Shown here in pieces: positions 1 to 14,049 of a DNA stretch of 64,000 bases (position 1 is the stretch's first letter; each line of letters opens with the position of its first letter). Made by a program: the position numbers and the translations under genes. Origin of the DNA: Camelus dromedarius (Eukaryota); contig NC_087436.1 of assembly GCF_036321535.1 (NCBI RefSeq), positions 31,126,001 to 31,190,000 of the forward strand, written 5' to 3'. A model generated the notes under the pieces. It searched no databases. It was not told the origin of the DNA and worked only from the letters and a program-made list of their open reading frames with translations.

Positions 1-1903
1 TCTTTCCTTATAAAGAACTCCTCACTACCTGGACTTAAGTTCACTGGTATTTTTGTCTCTAACGAGTTTTTAAAACCTTTATCTTGAAGCTTAACTTGCC
101 TTCTTGGGTTGTTGGCCTGAAAATTAGATTCTTGTGATTTTGTATCTGTAGAGGTCTTTTTCTGTTAAGTCTTTTGAACTAATATTTAGACGTTTTAAAA
201 AGGTTTTTAGAGTCAATTTGAGTTATATTTATTTTTTGAAATATTAAAATCCTGAAATATTTTCTTTGTCTCTTTTGAAATATCAAAAATATGGATTAAA
301 GAGTTAATTCTTAAGTCTTAAAACAAATTATCACTCAAGGAACCTTAACTCTCTGCTGTCATAATAACTGCTGACACTAAATCAGGCATATAACAAATTG
401 ATCAAAATGAACAGGTAGGTGTTTATGTTTATACCATGTTACAAAACATTATTTGGTACACATTTTGCTGAAATGTATCCTGGACAGAATAAATTGGAAA
501 ATTAATAAAAACACTTGATCTAAGTCTGATATATTCTTAAATATAAAGTACTGCATAGTGTGTCTGTCTATAGACAATGATCACTTATGTAGAATGTAAT
601 TTACACCAACATTAGACAACCTAAGATCTCAAGAAGCTAATTCTCTTGTGTTAATTTAAGCCAAAATAATCTCATCAACCAAATTTGTTAGCAACTTTAG
701 GCATATGATACCGCAAACCATCTTCTCCATTTAGCATGAAAGTTAGCAAGGACTTCAGAAATCACCATGAGACATGGTGCTAAAATGATAAAATCTCTAC
801 ACACTGACAAAAGTAATTTGTTACTTACCCCAATGAGTATGAATATATGGTAATAGTCCTACACCAATCTGACACTCTAACCATCACAAATTCTGTGCTC
901 CATATTTTAGTCCTAGTCTCATAACTGGATATACACAAAAATATTCCTGTGGAAATTTTGTGAATATTTTTCACTATTACTAATTATTACTAATATATTC
1001 CAGAATTTGGTGGTGATTCTACTGCCCATTATGATGATTCCTCAAAGTACCTTATGATATAATTCTCTTAATGCCTAATGATATCTCATACAGTGTTCTG
1101 GAACAACTTTGCCACATTTCCTTGATAGTTACTTGCTCATTTGCTATGCTTTTTCACATATTATTTATGTACAAAAAAATATTTTGGCTGTACACTGAGA
1201 TTTTGCCTCATTTTTCCCTTCATTCCAAAGGTATCAAAAATCCTACAAATTAAAAGTTCTGGGTTCAGCTTATTAAATATTCCAGGAAATATTCCATAGA
1301 AGGAAAAAGAATTTGGAAAATGTTTTTTTTCCTTCTGCTCTGTCTTCTTACAGTTACAAGATATATGTGGAAAATTATATCTAACAGATACAAGATGTAC
1401 ATGGAAAATTAAGTTAAATACCTGTCTCTAGTCTGCTGCATGTAATACTGCAATGACTAGAAATAAGTTAAATCAGCACTGCCACGTACACCCATATATC
1501 CAAACCCTTCTCAGAGCCTCTCTTGAATGTTTCTTTTTCTTTAACAATCTCTTTAAAATTTCTATTGTGGCTAAGCTGCTGTACCTAAAAAAAACACAAT
1601 TCTATTTAATAGAAGGAGATATGTCAGATATTGATCACAAAGGATTTGGGAATTATAGTTACCTGAGGCTTACACTTTACAAAAATTTATCCTTGCATTC
1701 TTACCCTCATATCTTTAATAAAGTACTGATCAAGTTCAAGAAGAAAGCATATCATATTGTCGATACGTGTCATAGAACTGTTTTATGAACAAGGTTGGAT
1801 TCCTTTCTTGAAACATTATTTCCTGACTTATCTCAACTAGATTTTAGGTTTGAAGGGATGAGATCGTCTAATTGATGGATACTACCATGTGGTCATCATC
1901 TTT

Positions 1904-2315
1904 TGTAGTGGACATATTTCTCTTTTTGGCTGTTCAGTGGCCAACACCCTCTTCCCTGATCTCCTTTGGGGTATGATTGAGAAGAAATGGCCACCTCTCA
2001 CTACAGTAGGAGCCAGATCCTCCACCTTACCGCCCTTGTATGCATCAAGGAGACTTTTAATCACGAAAGTGTGACACAAGGCTTGGAATAGTTAGTAGTC
2101 AGATTCATAGCCATCAGTAGCAGCAGTACACAAATCTGCCTGTTCTTGCACTATAATATACTTGCTCTGATATCTGCTGCCTGGCCCTTCAGATCTCCCA
2201 TAATCCCACTCTGTATTCCAATCTATCTCTCCTAGATTCTAAGAGCTCCAAAAATCCTTTAAATAAAATATTTTTAATTAAGATTTTCATAGTTAGTCTT
2301 TATTGCTTGTAAGTA
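1904..2315 (+). mobile_element. Old ERVL-class solo LTR (LTR16/LTR33-like)
   Basis: Begins TGTAGTGGACATATTTCTC. It has AATAAA near 2262 followed by ...GTTAGTCTTTATTGCTTGTAA, typical of the 3' end of this LTR group. Recognised by eye; boundaries approximate. Confidence 0.5.
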
Positions 2316-2699
2316 AGCCATATGTGCCTGTTCAGTGTGTTTTGGAATTTCTGTATCCACAGTAGGAGATCCAGCTGGCTATAAGTACAAATGTTTCTAA
2401 TGTGGTTGACTTGAGCTCAGTACTTAATATAGGACCTAGATAATTACTGGAAGCACATGCATTGACTCTTTATCTTCAGGAATATAATGTAGACACACTC
2501 CTTTCTAATGGCTAACTTGATTAAAAATGTTATTTAGAGCAGGTCCCATTTTGATTTGCATGCTACTAACAACTCCTTAAAAATACTTTGTTATAGCTAT
2601 TACTTCTACTGGAAATAAACTGTATTTCATTCATTTATTTAAAATTCATTCAATAAATATTTATTAAGCTTTTATATGCATCAAACATCAGACTGACAG

Positions 2700-4418
2700 T
2701 TTTTTAAAACTATTTAATATGCTAATGGCTATAATAGAGAAAGTGTACAATATGCAAGAACAGTGTAAGCAGAGAGATGAAAACTCTAAGAATCAAAAGG
2801 AAATTTTAGAAATCAAAAGCATATTATAGAAATGAAGATATCTTTGACAGATTTATCATTTAACACAACACAGTACAAAGGAAAGTATGAATGAGTCAAC
2901 AGACTCTTTCCAAACTAAAATACAAGGACCAAAAGAAAAAAAAATGAACATCCAAGAACTGTCGGTCCATTTCAAAAGATGTAACATACATCTAGTTAGA
3001 AGATAAGCGTAAGAAGAGAGGACAGAAAAGAAAAAAATAATATTTGAAATAATAATGGCCAAAGTTTCCAAATTTAATGAAAAACCCCAAACTATAGCTC
3101 CTGAAAGCTTGAGGAACACCAAACAGGATAAATATCATAAACAATAAACAAAAACAAAGACAAAGTAACCCTCCCCAGGAGTGATGTGAGCAAGAGGGCA
3201 AGGTAGCAAGCTCCAGGTGCTTATTTTTGCATAGAAACATCAAGTAAATAACTACAGGCTCACTAAAATAACTCTACAGGAGCTCTGAAAACCAGTTAAA
3301 GATCTATAACAAGCGTGTGAATGATCAACAAAAACAATAAAAAAAAACTGCATTCAAAAACATGGTAAGTTTTGTGGCATTTTCACTTGACCTTGCCTCA
3401 CCCCCCTCCCTGGTACTGTGGCACACAGTCAGCAGGAAGTGACTCAATTCCCAGTTTCCTCCCTTAGGATGCAAGGAGCATTCTCACTCTCAGAACTTGT
3501 TTGAAGCATTGTGGTCTGTCTGTGGGCTGTATGACAGACTGATTTCTGTCTACCTGATTTAGAGATTAGACAGGAAATGGCAGCACAGATTGGATCTCAG
3601 GCTGAAATCCATAGAAACTGTTATAGGTCTTCAGCATATGAAAATTGCAGGAGAACTGTAGACCCATCAATGCCTGGGGGCAAGAGATTATAAGATTAAG
3701 ATTATAATAGAATATGTAGAGCACCAAAAGAAACAAGGGTGAGACCCTTTGGCAAATTAAGACATTTAAAAGAAAACTGGAAACATAAATAAATAAAAGG
3801 ACACATACACAGAGGTCCAGATGGGACACATGCCCAGAAAAGACTTCAGAAGACTTGAAGCTTCACTCTGGACTGATCTGAAGAGTCAGGGGCCTAATAA
3901 TTAGTAAAGATCTTCCACATCAGTCTGCAAAGACTGAAAGAAGTAGTAATTTTTTCAAATGCTCAATTTTCAACAAAAGATCACAAGGCACACAAGAAAA
4001 CAGGGAAACATTGCCTATTCTAAAGAACAAAATAATCCTTCAGAAGCAATCTTTGAAGAAACACACACATCAGATTTATTAGACAAAGACTTAAAACAAA
4101 TGTCTTAAATATTCTCAGAGAGGTAAAGATAAACATAGACAAAGAACTAAAGGAAATCAGGAAAATGATATATTAACAAAGTAGGAATATCAACAAAGAG
4201 ATAGAAATTACAAAAAAAAAAAAAAAAAAAAGAACCAAACAGAAATTCTGGATCTGAAAAATACACTAACTGAATTGAAATTCACTATAGGGATTCAACA
4301 GCAGAATCAAATAGGCAGAAGAAAAATTCAGCAAATCTGAAGATAGGTCATTGAAATTACTGAGTCTGAGGAGCAAAAAGGAAAAAAAAAAAAGAATGAA
4401 GAAAAGTGAACAGTGAAT
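2700..4418 (+). mobile_element. Old L1 5'UTR/ORF1 fragments (probably two pieces, junction near 3175)
   Basis: A-rich ORF1-type text (AGAAATCAAAAGCATATTATAGAAATGAAG; AGAACTAAAGGAAATCAGGAAAATGATATA; AGAAATTCTGGATCTGAAAAATAC). No intact ORF. Confidence 0.75.
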
Positions 4419-5545
4419 CCTAGAAGAAAATACAGGAAAAAACTCCGACATTGGATTGAGCAACTTTTGGAAATGATATCAAAAACATAGGCAGCAAAAG
4501 AATAAAACAGATAAATTGGACTTCATCAAAATTAAAGACTTTTGTGAACCCAAATACACTATCAACAAAGTGAAAAGATGGTCAACAGAATAGGAGAATA
4601 TATTTTTAAATCATATATCTGATAATGGATTAATACCCAGAATTTATAAATAACTCCCAAAACTCAAGTAGAAAAATAAAAAAAAACCCAATTTTAAAAA
4701 AAGGGAAAAGGACCTGAATAGCTATTTTTCAAAGAAGATATGCAAATGGCCAATGGCACATGAAAAGATGTTCAACATCAGTAATCATTAAAGAAATGTA
4801 AATAAAATCCACAATGAGGTAGTGCTTCCACTTCACGTGTATTGGGATGGCTATTTTTTTTTAAACTGAAAACAAGTGTCAGTGAAGATGTAGAGATATT
4901 GGAACTCTTGTGCATTGCTGGTGGGGGTGTAAAATGATACAGTTACTGTGGAAAAGAGAATGTCATTTCTCTAAAAAATTAAGTATAACATTACTATATG
5001 TACCAGCATTCCAATTGAACCCCCAGAAAATGAAAGCAGGGACTCAACTAGATATTTGTACACCCTGCTCAAAGCAGCAGTATTCACAAAGCCAAGAGGT
5101 GGAAATAGCTCAAATGTTCATCTATAGATGAATGAATAAATAAAATGTGATATAAATATGCAATGAAATGTTATTCACTCTTAAAAGTGAATTTTATAAA
5201 ACCTACAAAATACATGAACCTTAAGCAGAACAATATTCTAAGTAAAATAGGCAGATACAAAAAATAAATATTTATGATTCCTCTTATGTGAAGTACCTAG
5301 AATAGTCAAATTTATAGTGAGGAAAAAGAGAATAGTGGTTTCCAGCGGGGGCTAGAGGAGGGAATAAGGGGGACTTGTTTAATGGTTATAAAGTTTCAGT
5401 TTGGGATGATAAAAAGTTCTAAAGATAAACAGAAGTATTAATTACACAATGATGTGAAGGTACTTAATGTCATTGAATTAATTATACACTTAACAATGGC
5501 TAAAATGGTAAATTTCATGTTATGTTTATTTTACTACAGTCGATT
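4419..5545 (+). mobile_element. L1 3' portion (ORF2 C-terminus + 3'UTR, L1MB-like)
   Basis: ORF 4910..5131 (HCWWGCKMIQLLWK...) matches the L1 ORF2 C-terminal HCWWxCK motif. The 3'UTR ends ...GGTAAATTTCATGTTATGTTTATTTTACTACA. Confidence 0.88.
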
Positions 5546-5552
5546 TTTTTAA

Positions 5553-7745
5553 ATTGTAAGATACAGCAAGAGCATTACTTGGAGTGAAATTTATAGCATT
5601 AAATGCATATGTTAGAAAATAAATCAATTAAAGTTAATAACCCAAGGTTCCAGCATAAGATACTAGAGAAGGAAAAGCAATTTAAGCTTGAAGGAAGCAG
5701 AAAAAAATAATAAAAGTTATAGCTGAAATCCAATAAAATTGAAAATAAGAAAACAATTGAAAAATCAACAAAAGCAAACTTGTTGTTTGAAAAGATCAAT
5801 AACATTGATAAACCCCTAGCCAGGCAATCTATGAAAAAGATTAAAAACACATAAATTACAAATATCAGTAAGGAAACAGGGAATACCACCATAGAAGGTG
5901 AAAAAATCAAAAGGATAATCAAAGGAATACTATGAATAACTATACCCACAAATTTGATAACTTAGATGAAATAGATCACTTCCTTTTAAGACACTAACTC
6001 TCCCAACTCATACAGGGATAAATAGATAACTTGAATATTCTCACATTGATTAAATTGCAAAAAAAAAATTTTAAGCATTTCAAGAATGAATAATAGCATT
6101 TTTCCTAGAGCTCTATAGCTAACATCATACTTAGTACGGAGAGAGTAAACATCTTCCCCCTAACATCAGGAATAAGGCAGTCATATTCCCTTTCATCTCT
6201 CCTATTCAACATTGTACTGGAACTCCAATACTAGTGCAGTAGGACAAGAAAAAGACACAAATTATATAAAGTTCAGAAAATAAGAAAAAAATTCTTTAGT
6301 CACAGATGATACAATTGCCTATTTAGAAAATACTTAAAAATCCACCAAAAGAGGGAAAAATAAAACCTATTAGAACCTCCTAGCAGGTAGAGCAAGGCAG
6401 CAAGATACAACATCAAATTGTATACACAAAAATCAAGTGGAATTTCACATTGATACCATTTACAACAGCAATAAAAAAAAACCTGAAGTACTTAGACAAA
6501 AATCTAATAAATATATATAGGCTATATCTATGAAAAAAATACAAAGCATTGATGAAAAAATCAAAGCTCTAGATAAATCAAGAGATATTCTGTGTTCATA
6601 TATGAGAGACTTAATATTGTTGAGATGCCAATTTTTCCCAACTTGACCTATACAGTCAATGTAATCCCAATCAAAATCCCAACAAGCTGTTTTTTACATA
6701 TCAACAAGCTGATTCAAAAGTTTGTATGGAAGTTAAACACTCCAGAATAACCAATACTATCTGAAGTAGAAGAAAGTTGGAGGGATCACAGCATCTAATT
6801 TGAAATCTTACTAGAAGACAATAATGAAGACAGCATAATACTGGTGAAAGAATATATATTATAAAGGTCAATGGAATGAACAGAGAGCCCAGAAACAGAC
6901 CCACCAAAAGGCAGACCATTGATTTTTTTTTTAAAGGATGCAAAAGCATTCAATGGAAAAGAATAATCTTTTCAGCAAATATTACTCGACGTTCAAAGCA
7001 AAATATAAATCTAGACATGATCCTAAAACTTACAGAAAAATAAAAATAAATCAATGATCTAAATGTAAAATGTAAAATTGCAAAACTTCTATTTAAAAAA
7101 CAGAAAATATCCATGACCTTGTTTTGGTGAAAAGTTTTTAGATACAACATTGAAAGTGTAATCAGTGATAAGAAAAACTGACTAGTTGAACACTATTAAA
7201 ATTAAAACCTTTATTGTTAAGAGAGTGAAAAGAGACGTCACCCACTATGAGAAAGTATTTGCAAATACATATCTCACAAATGACTTGTATTGAAATGCAG
7301 GAAAGTTTTAAATCTCTACAAAGAGCAATAAGAAATGAGCAAACATGGTGCATTTTTAAATACTACAAATTGCTATTCTTCTTTTATTAGGAAGAAAAAA
7401 CAATAATTGCCACTTACATGATCAATATCCACACTTTGGAATGTGTTAAGGAATAGGGGAGATTAAAAAGCAAAGGGAAGATAATGGAAGAATTTCCATT
7501 CCTTGACTGTTTATAGAACAACAAACAGAAATGGTTAAAATGTGTTAGTCAATTAATTGCCAGTTGCCAAAAAAAAAAAAAAAAGAACTAAATACCCAAA
7601 CAAATACGACACCAAGGAGCACAAGTAGATGGTGAACAGCATGCTCAACACCATTCACCATTAGGAAACACAAATTGAAACAAAAATGGTCTACTGCTAG
7701 AGAACTATTAGGATGGTTAAAATCATTCTGAAAATATAAAATGAC
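5553..7745 (+). mobile_element. Degenerate L1 ORF2 (RT region), with a gap at about 7350-7570
   Basis: Canonical ORF2 DNA motifs: AAATTTATAGCATTAAATGC, CTATTCAACATTGTACTGGAA, GATGATACAATTGCCTATTTAGAAAA (degenerate YADD region), CAATGTAATCCCAATCAAAATCCCA. Confidence 0.88.
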
Positions 7746-8129
7746 AAATTTACCCTGTAAATCAGATTTTACTTAGATTAGTTCCCAAAGCAAGTTGCTC
7801 AACGGAAAAAGTTAAATTCACAAAAAGTCCAGGAAATGCTACATAATATAGTCTCCTCTTGGAGATACACATAGTAAATGTTCTGAAAAATCAAGCAATA
7901 AACTAGTATAAATTTATTCAAGCTAATGTTCCCCAATCTTATTGAAACATAGAACTCTTTTTCACTGAGATATTTTACAAAATACCTGTTAATATTCTCT
8001 GTTATACAATTTGGTAAAGGTAGATCTGTAACATTAACACATGGATTTATTTCCCTTTCAAAAATACATCTAGCCTTTGTTTTGTTTCTTAATGTATATT
8101 ACATATACATCATTATACTTTTTGGTTTT

Positions 8130-8345
8130 AAATTGAAGTATTAGAGTTTAATCTTGGTTTGGTAATTCATATTTATCTCTGTGATGCTGGGAAAATTAAG
8201 CAAACTCTCTAAATCTCTATTTTCTCATCTGTAAAATGGAAATGAGAATGCCCAACCTATTGGGTTGTTATAAGGATAAAAAGAAATCATGTCTTTAGAG
8301 CATTTGACCCACAGTAAGCAACCAATGAATATAAGTTAATTCCTT
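8130..8345 (+). mobile_element. MIR SINE
   Basis: MIR core CTCTATTTTCTCATCTGTAAAATGGAAATGAGAATG...GGGTTGTTATAAGGATAAA. Confidence 0.8.
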
Positions 8346-8697
8346 CAATGTTACTATCATCCTCATCTTCATTAATGCTAATATAAATAAAGGAAGAGTG
8401 ACTGGCCTATACACCCTCTCATTCTCACTTTCATTTTTCTTACCCATCAGTTCTAATGCTAGCTCTATAATATAGAAAGACATAATTACAGGAAGAACCC
8501 CAATGAGAAAGCCAATCTCAAGGTTCTGAAAAAATGGAGCTGTCCTTTCTGATGGTAAACTTGAGGGTGAGGTGTTATTTTTATGAAGAAAAATAGTATT
8601 CGCTTATCAATTTTTAGAATTCAAATTTTGTAGAAAATTTTACACAACAGAAAAATAGTTATTAAATATAAAAATTACTTGCACTCCTGAAGCACAA

Positions 8698-9139
8698 TGT
8701 TGGTTCACAACTTCAGGAGTTCCCCAGGTGAACTCTGAAACTGGCCCCACATATAGAGGGTAAGGAGGGACTAGTGAAAGAGGCAGACTACTCTAGATTG
8801 ATGGGTGTCTGGTGTCAGGTTTAATAAGCAAGGATGGTCTTGGATGGTCACATGAGGCTTGTCTTGGATGGTCACATGATGAGTAGATCTTCACAGCTGC
8901 CCATCGGAATCTTAACTTTATCTAGAGGCCTTAACTGGGTTCAGTCACATATGCAGTACAGATGGTCTCAACAACATCTTACTCCTTCAAGGCTATGTCC
9001 TTGGAAGTTTCCACTGTGGGAACAGTAGGTAGAGCTTACATTTCAAGGACAGGGGAGGGTGTGAGGGCCCTCCAATTGCCTGGGTCCAGCTGGAGGGTCA
9101 ACCAGCCATGATGTGTTCTTGATGACCTCCTCCAGGACA
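8698..9139 (-). mobile_element. ERV solo LTR (about 440 bp)
   Basis: TG...CA termini (TGTTGGTTCAC...CCTCCAGGACA). GC content is higher than the flanks. On the minus strand an ATTAAA poly(A) signal sits at about 8821-8826. Flanks CACAA/CACTT only partly match as a TSD. Confidence 0.7.
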
Positions 9140-12100
9140 CACTTTGTGTCATACCTTTTATTATGTTTACTTACAATAGACTATGACTCTTCCAAGGTCA
9201 GGAATTCTTAGAATTTATTCAACTCAATTGCAGTTACTCTATACATTTGGTACTATTTAAATTCTTTCTGTTAATAATAGATCTTTGAGACCCATGTTCA
9301 CTTTTGAAGGAATCTTGGGCAACCTTCAGAAAAGCAACAGTGATTTAAATGTTACCTAAGTGGACAATAAAAAGGAATCTTTCAGAGGAAGTATTCTGAC
9401 AGCAGCATATTCTGGCTGGCCAGGCCATTTCAAATGTGTGTCTGACCATTATTTTAAATTAGAAGGTATACCACCATCTAACTACAGCAACCAAGAATCA
9501 AAAGTGACATAGGAATGTCAAAGGAAAATCCACAGACAATTTTATCAGATCTTCTCATCCAGTGTCATAATGCAATGGTATGCCATAAATAATCTGTCCC
9601 TAAAAATACTAAAACTGCCAAAAAGTGTGAGATAATTTACTATCAAACGTTGTTTTAGCATGGCTCAAGGTTACTCTTATACATCACCCTTCCTTGGTTG
9701 CATTCAATTTGCTTTCTTTAATGGGAAAAAAAGGGACTGATGATACAGGTTCTGCCCTGGAGAGCTGCCCTCAACCCCAGTTTACAAATTCATCAGTCAG
9801 ATATATTCTATGTCATGATGGAGAGCAGGTTAAAAATCTCTGAACTACAGAGTGATACAGACTAGGATGCTTTCACATTCTAGTGCAGACAACAATTAAT
9901 CGAAAAAAACAGAATCTTTAAGATTAAAAAGTTATTTCAATTTATTTCTATCTTCTACTTCATAGTTGATAAAATAATTAGATGCCTACACAGTTATTCT
10001 GCAGGAATATCAATAAGCAGAGTAATGGAAGAAATGATTCCAAGTATGATCCACTTTGAAATCAGAAGTATAAAAGGTTGTTTCGAATACACCATAGCTG
10101 AAGTTTTAGCAAATCAGATATTAATTGTACATAATAATTTGATGTTTTGAAAGTTTTCAATTACCTATTTTTTTAAGATTATCATTTGTTAAAGCAGAAT
10201 TAGAGCTAACATAATTATTCATACACAATATTTAGCTCACACTGAAGAAAAAAGAATTGCACATTTCAAAGCAACTATGGAAATACTTATTAAATGACCC
10301 TATAAGTTCTAGACAGCAACTTGGGTACTTAATATATGAAACATTTGAATATAGGGCAAACAGAATAGAGTTTGAGTACCCTAATGTAAAGTATTCTTTC
10401 TGGTATGTTCATAAATTTGGTTTTGCATTTGAGAAGAATACATAGAGATAAAGTATTTATGTATTCTTCAAACTGAATTACCACAGTGGGCATTAATTTC
10501 TACCACTCCCCATAGGTAAATACTTTTAAAACTAAGGATTCCCTTGCTCCCACCTCCCTTTCCCTTGATGCACACTGGGTGTTATTTATCCCACATGAAG
10601 ATGATCTGCTAAAACAGAGCACTTGTCAACTAAATAAACATTAAGTTACACAATGCTATAATTTCTATTTTCAACCGTGGATCATCTTCAAAACATAAAT
10701 CAGTGTAATATGCACTAATTACGTATTTCCAAATTAATTTAAATAAAAGTAATCTAAATATTAAGTGCTATTTCTCATTTTTTGAATAACTATTAACTGA
10801 AATTGTAAATATCTCAAACAGCTGTTATCTTTAATAGTATTAAGATACCCATTTTGTACTAATATGTCTTTTTGATAGCTTTTTGAGCATCCTGGCTTGG
10901 TTTAAACATCTTTTTACTATTTCATGCTGCTGCTCACGTCTCTGGCTAGGGTTGCACAAAATATAAATCGCCACTTCAAATGTCCCCAGCTGCTCTTTTA
11001 TATCTTGATAGGTCTAATCATTCTCAACAGGAATGCTTGATAGCTTTTTCTAAATCTCAGTTATACAGTGCCATATTCTAGACTTTTTTATTATTATTAT
11101 TTTACACTATGACATAACAGTTGCTTCATTTTGCTGATTAAATCAAACAAATAGTCAATCTTTTAACTTTTTCTTGTTTAGGTTAATTCTCCAAATTCTT
11201 TATAAAGTTTATAATTTACAATTCTCCTGAGTATATGAGTATGTACATATATGTGTACCCTACACATATGCTATTAGATAAAAAAGAATTTTTAGCAAAC
11301 AGCTATTGAACTGTAGGGTTGAAAAGTGGACTAAGAACAGGACATAATACTCAAAGCCACAGCTTTGGGCATTATAACTAATGAGAGGTCCCATTTTTAA
11401 AAATTTCTATTGAGTAATAGTTTTTTCCTTGCAAATGAAAGATACATCATTTATTATACCTTTAAAAATAATGTCTGTATTAAATGGGCTTCAAAATTTG
11501 AAAGTTTTCAGTTGAGATAAAATATTAGAACCCAGAATAACAGAATTATTGTTATTATTGTCTTATTTTATATCCAGGTGTACTTGTTTTTTCTCTATTA
11601 TTTGATTTAAAAAAATAATAGCACATGGAATATGCAGAACATGCACACTGAGTTGGATTTTCTAAATGTGATGCTATGTAAGCCTAAGTCACAGTGATTC
11701 ACCATGTCCCTTTTGCAGCCAGCAATATTAATGCCAGCACAGCATGAAGACGAGTCCTGCAACCAAAGTTTTCCATCAGAAAAATAACCAATGTAACTTA
11801 CGTAGACTTATTTGTACCACTATCAAAATGTATGAACTCATTTAACCTTAAAATAGTATTAGTCATGTTAAAGTGAAAAAATTGTAAACTCTTTGAGTTT
11901 TCCTATTATATCTATTCTAATATTTACTGCACTTAGGAACCTTGCTACCTTACGACTACAGTTCAGAGAAAGATTCTAATATTATGACTTTCCACTCATA
12001 GGTCGATCTTGATGGCTAGAAAAGGTTTACAGATACACCAAATAATTTCACAGCATGTATTCATTCATAGAGTGTTGAGTACCATGTCTTATCTGGAGCA

Positions 12101-14049
12101 AAAATGTTCTGTAAAGAGCAGATTCAAAGAATGTATGAGATGTTACTGACAATACAGAATTATCCCTTAAAAACTAGTTACCTTTTTTCTCTTCTTTTGC
12201 CTTTATCCATTTCCTGGAACGTTAGCAGTTAAGTAGTTTAGCTTTGTAACTACATATATCATAATAATACAGCTCAGTAGGTCACACACACACAACAGTG
12301 ACCTTTCCAAAGCCATCTGAATTTGACATAAAAATATGGTGTAGTCTAATTGTCATACACATCCTATTCTTAGTAAAATATCAATGCTCAGCAAACCTTT
12401 ACACAGAAAAGAACAGATCTGCGATGCTCAGAACAACAGATGTTAGCTTGCTATTACATTAAAAACAGAACATAAAAGAGAAAGATATTCACTTGTATCA
12501 TATGCTGTGAATTGATCATCTGCATCTGCCTGGCATGTTTGGGTCTAAATGAAGCAAGTTGAGTTTCCAAAGGGAGTATCCATTTACTGCTGCATAGTCA
12601 AAGCAATTACATCTCTTTCCTGCTGCACTCATCAGTCATAGTACAAGCCAAATATTCACACTGCAGCTTAAACAAGAAGACAGAAAGGAAGCAGGAATCA
12701 CATACCAGGTATTAAGTATGTGAGTGAGATGCTGAAGAGGAGACGGAGCAATACTGAAAGTGGAGGGGAAAGGGAAAGGCTTTGGGGCCCTCAGATTGCA
12801 CTCAGTCATCTTGTCACTTTCCCAGAGAATTAATTTAATTAGCCTCTCCACAGTGTTAGGTATTGCTCCTAACCTTGAATAGCAGCTGATGGGGGTACGT
12901 GTCTCTGCTGCCCCTGCCAGAGGAGCACTCTTCTGCTCTGTAATGGTGATTTGCCTCAGGTGAAAAACAGGATCACTCTCTTTTCCTATTGATTTCTGAA
13001 AAAGAAAATGCCTCCTCCCAACCAGCACTGCACTATTATCTTTGTTATCACTTTTCATGGAGCTGCTCTCTTCTCTACGCAAAATTGGAAAAAAAAAAAA
13101 AGTGTCAAATCCTTGCCCATGCCCAGAGGTGGAAACTAAAATCCAATTATCTAACTGATAGAAGCACTTATATTCTATCTTTGAAAAGAAATGGGTTATT
13201 ATTTTTAAAACAGAATGTCATTGCCAATGTTTAATGTGTAATTTAAGTTCAGAAAGGAAATATACAATCACTGAAATATAAAAATGAACTATAATGTAAT
13301 GTTAAGCTTAAGTTCTTATTGTTAAAAAGTGTTTTTAAACATTCATCTTTCTATCCATTCAGTTTATAAAATAACAGATGGGATCCTTGATCTACGAAGC
13401 TCATAAAAGAATCTTTTATGAGAATAATCCAATTCCTAGGCCCTAGATTGCTTATTCTTCCTTTATTCCTGAAACAGAAACAATCAATTTCCAAGATAAA
13501 AAATACTATTACTTCAGAAATTTTGATTGGAAGAATCAATCATTAAAAGGTTTATTTATCCATAACTACAGTGTTTTCCCCACAATAAATTGCCAAGTAA
13601 CAAAACAATAAATTACAAAATAAATTGATGTTTAATGCAATTAAATTTTCTTCTAATAACTATAGAATCATAATTATTACTTTAATTACATGGTGGGAAG
13701 CTGTATTAAAAAAATTAAGTTGGGATTTAATTCCAAGATCAAAGACTGGTAACCATGTTTATCTCCTTCCTGTCTCTATACTAATCGAAGTGAGAGAAAA
13801 TAATAAAAATTAAAAATTTTTCAAAGTCCTCATATGTGAAGATACAGAAAATTTGAAAGTAAGAGAATAGAAAAATATAAACAAGTCTAAATGCATGTGT
13901 GCAAAATTACACTGGACCAATATTAAAATTGCAGAATTGAAAGACAAATAAATCTGCAAACATAGTAAAAGACTGAACATACTCTTCTCAGTAACTAATT
14001 ATAATAATCAGTGTCCATTGAAAGAAAAAAATCTACTTTTTTTTAACAG

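Noticed and set aside
829..946. Minus-strand exon-like segment with one open frame (IFLCISSYETRTKIWSTEF...)
   Set aside because: Good donor but a poor polypyrimidine tract. The peptide is unrecognised and there are no partner coding exons.
12636..13082. Longest ORF in the track (148 aa, minus strand)
   Set aside because: No recognisable domain, and the start is a non-ATG codon. An ORF of this length is plausible by chance.
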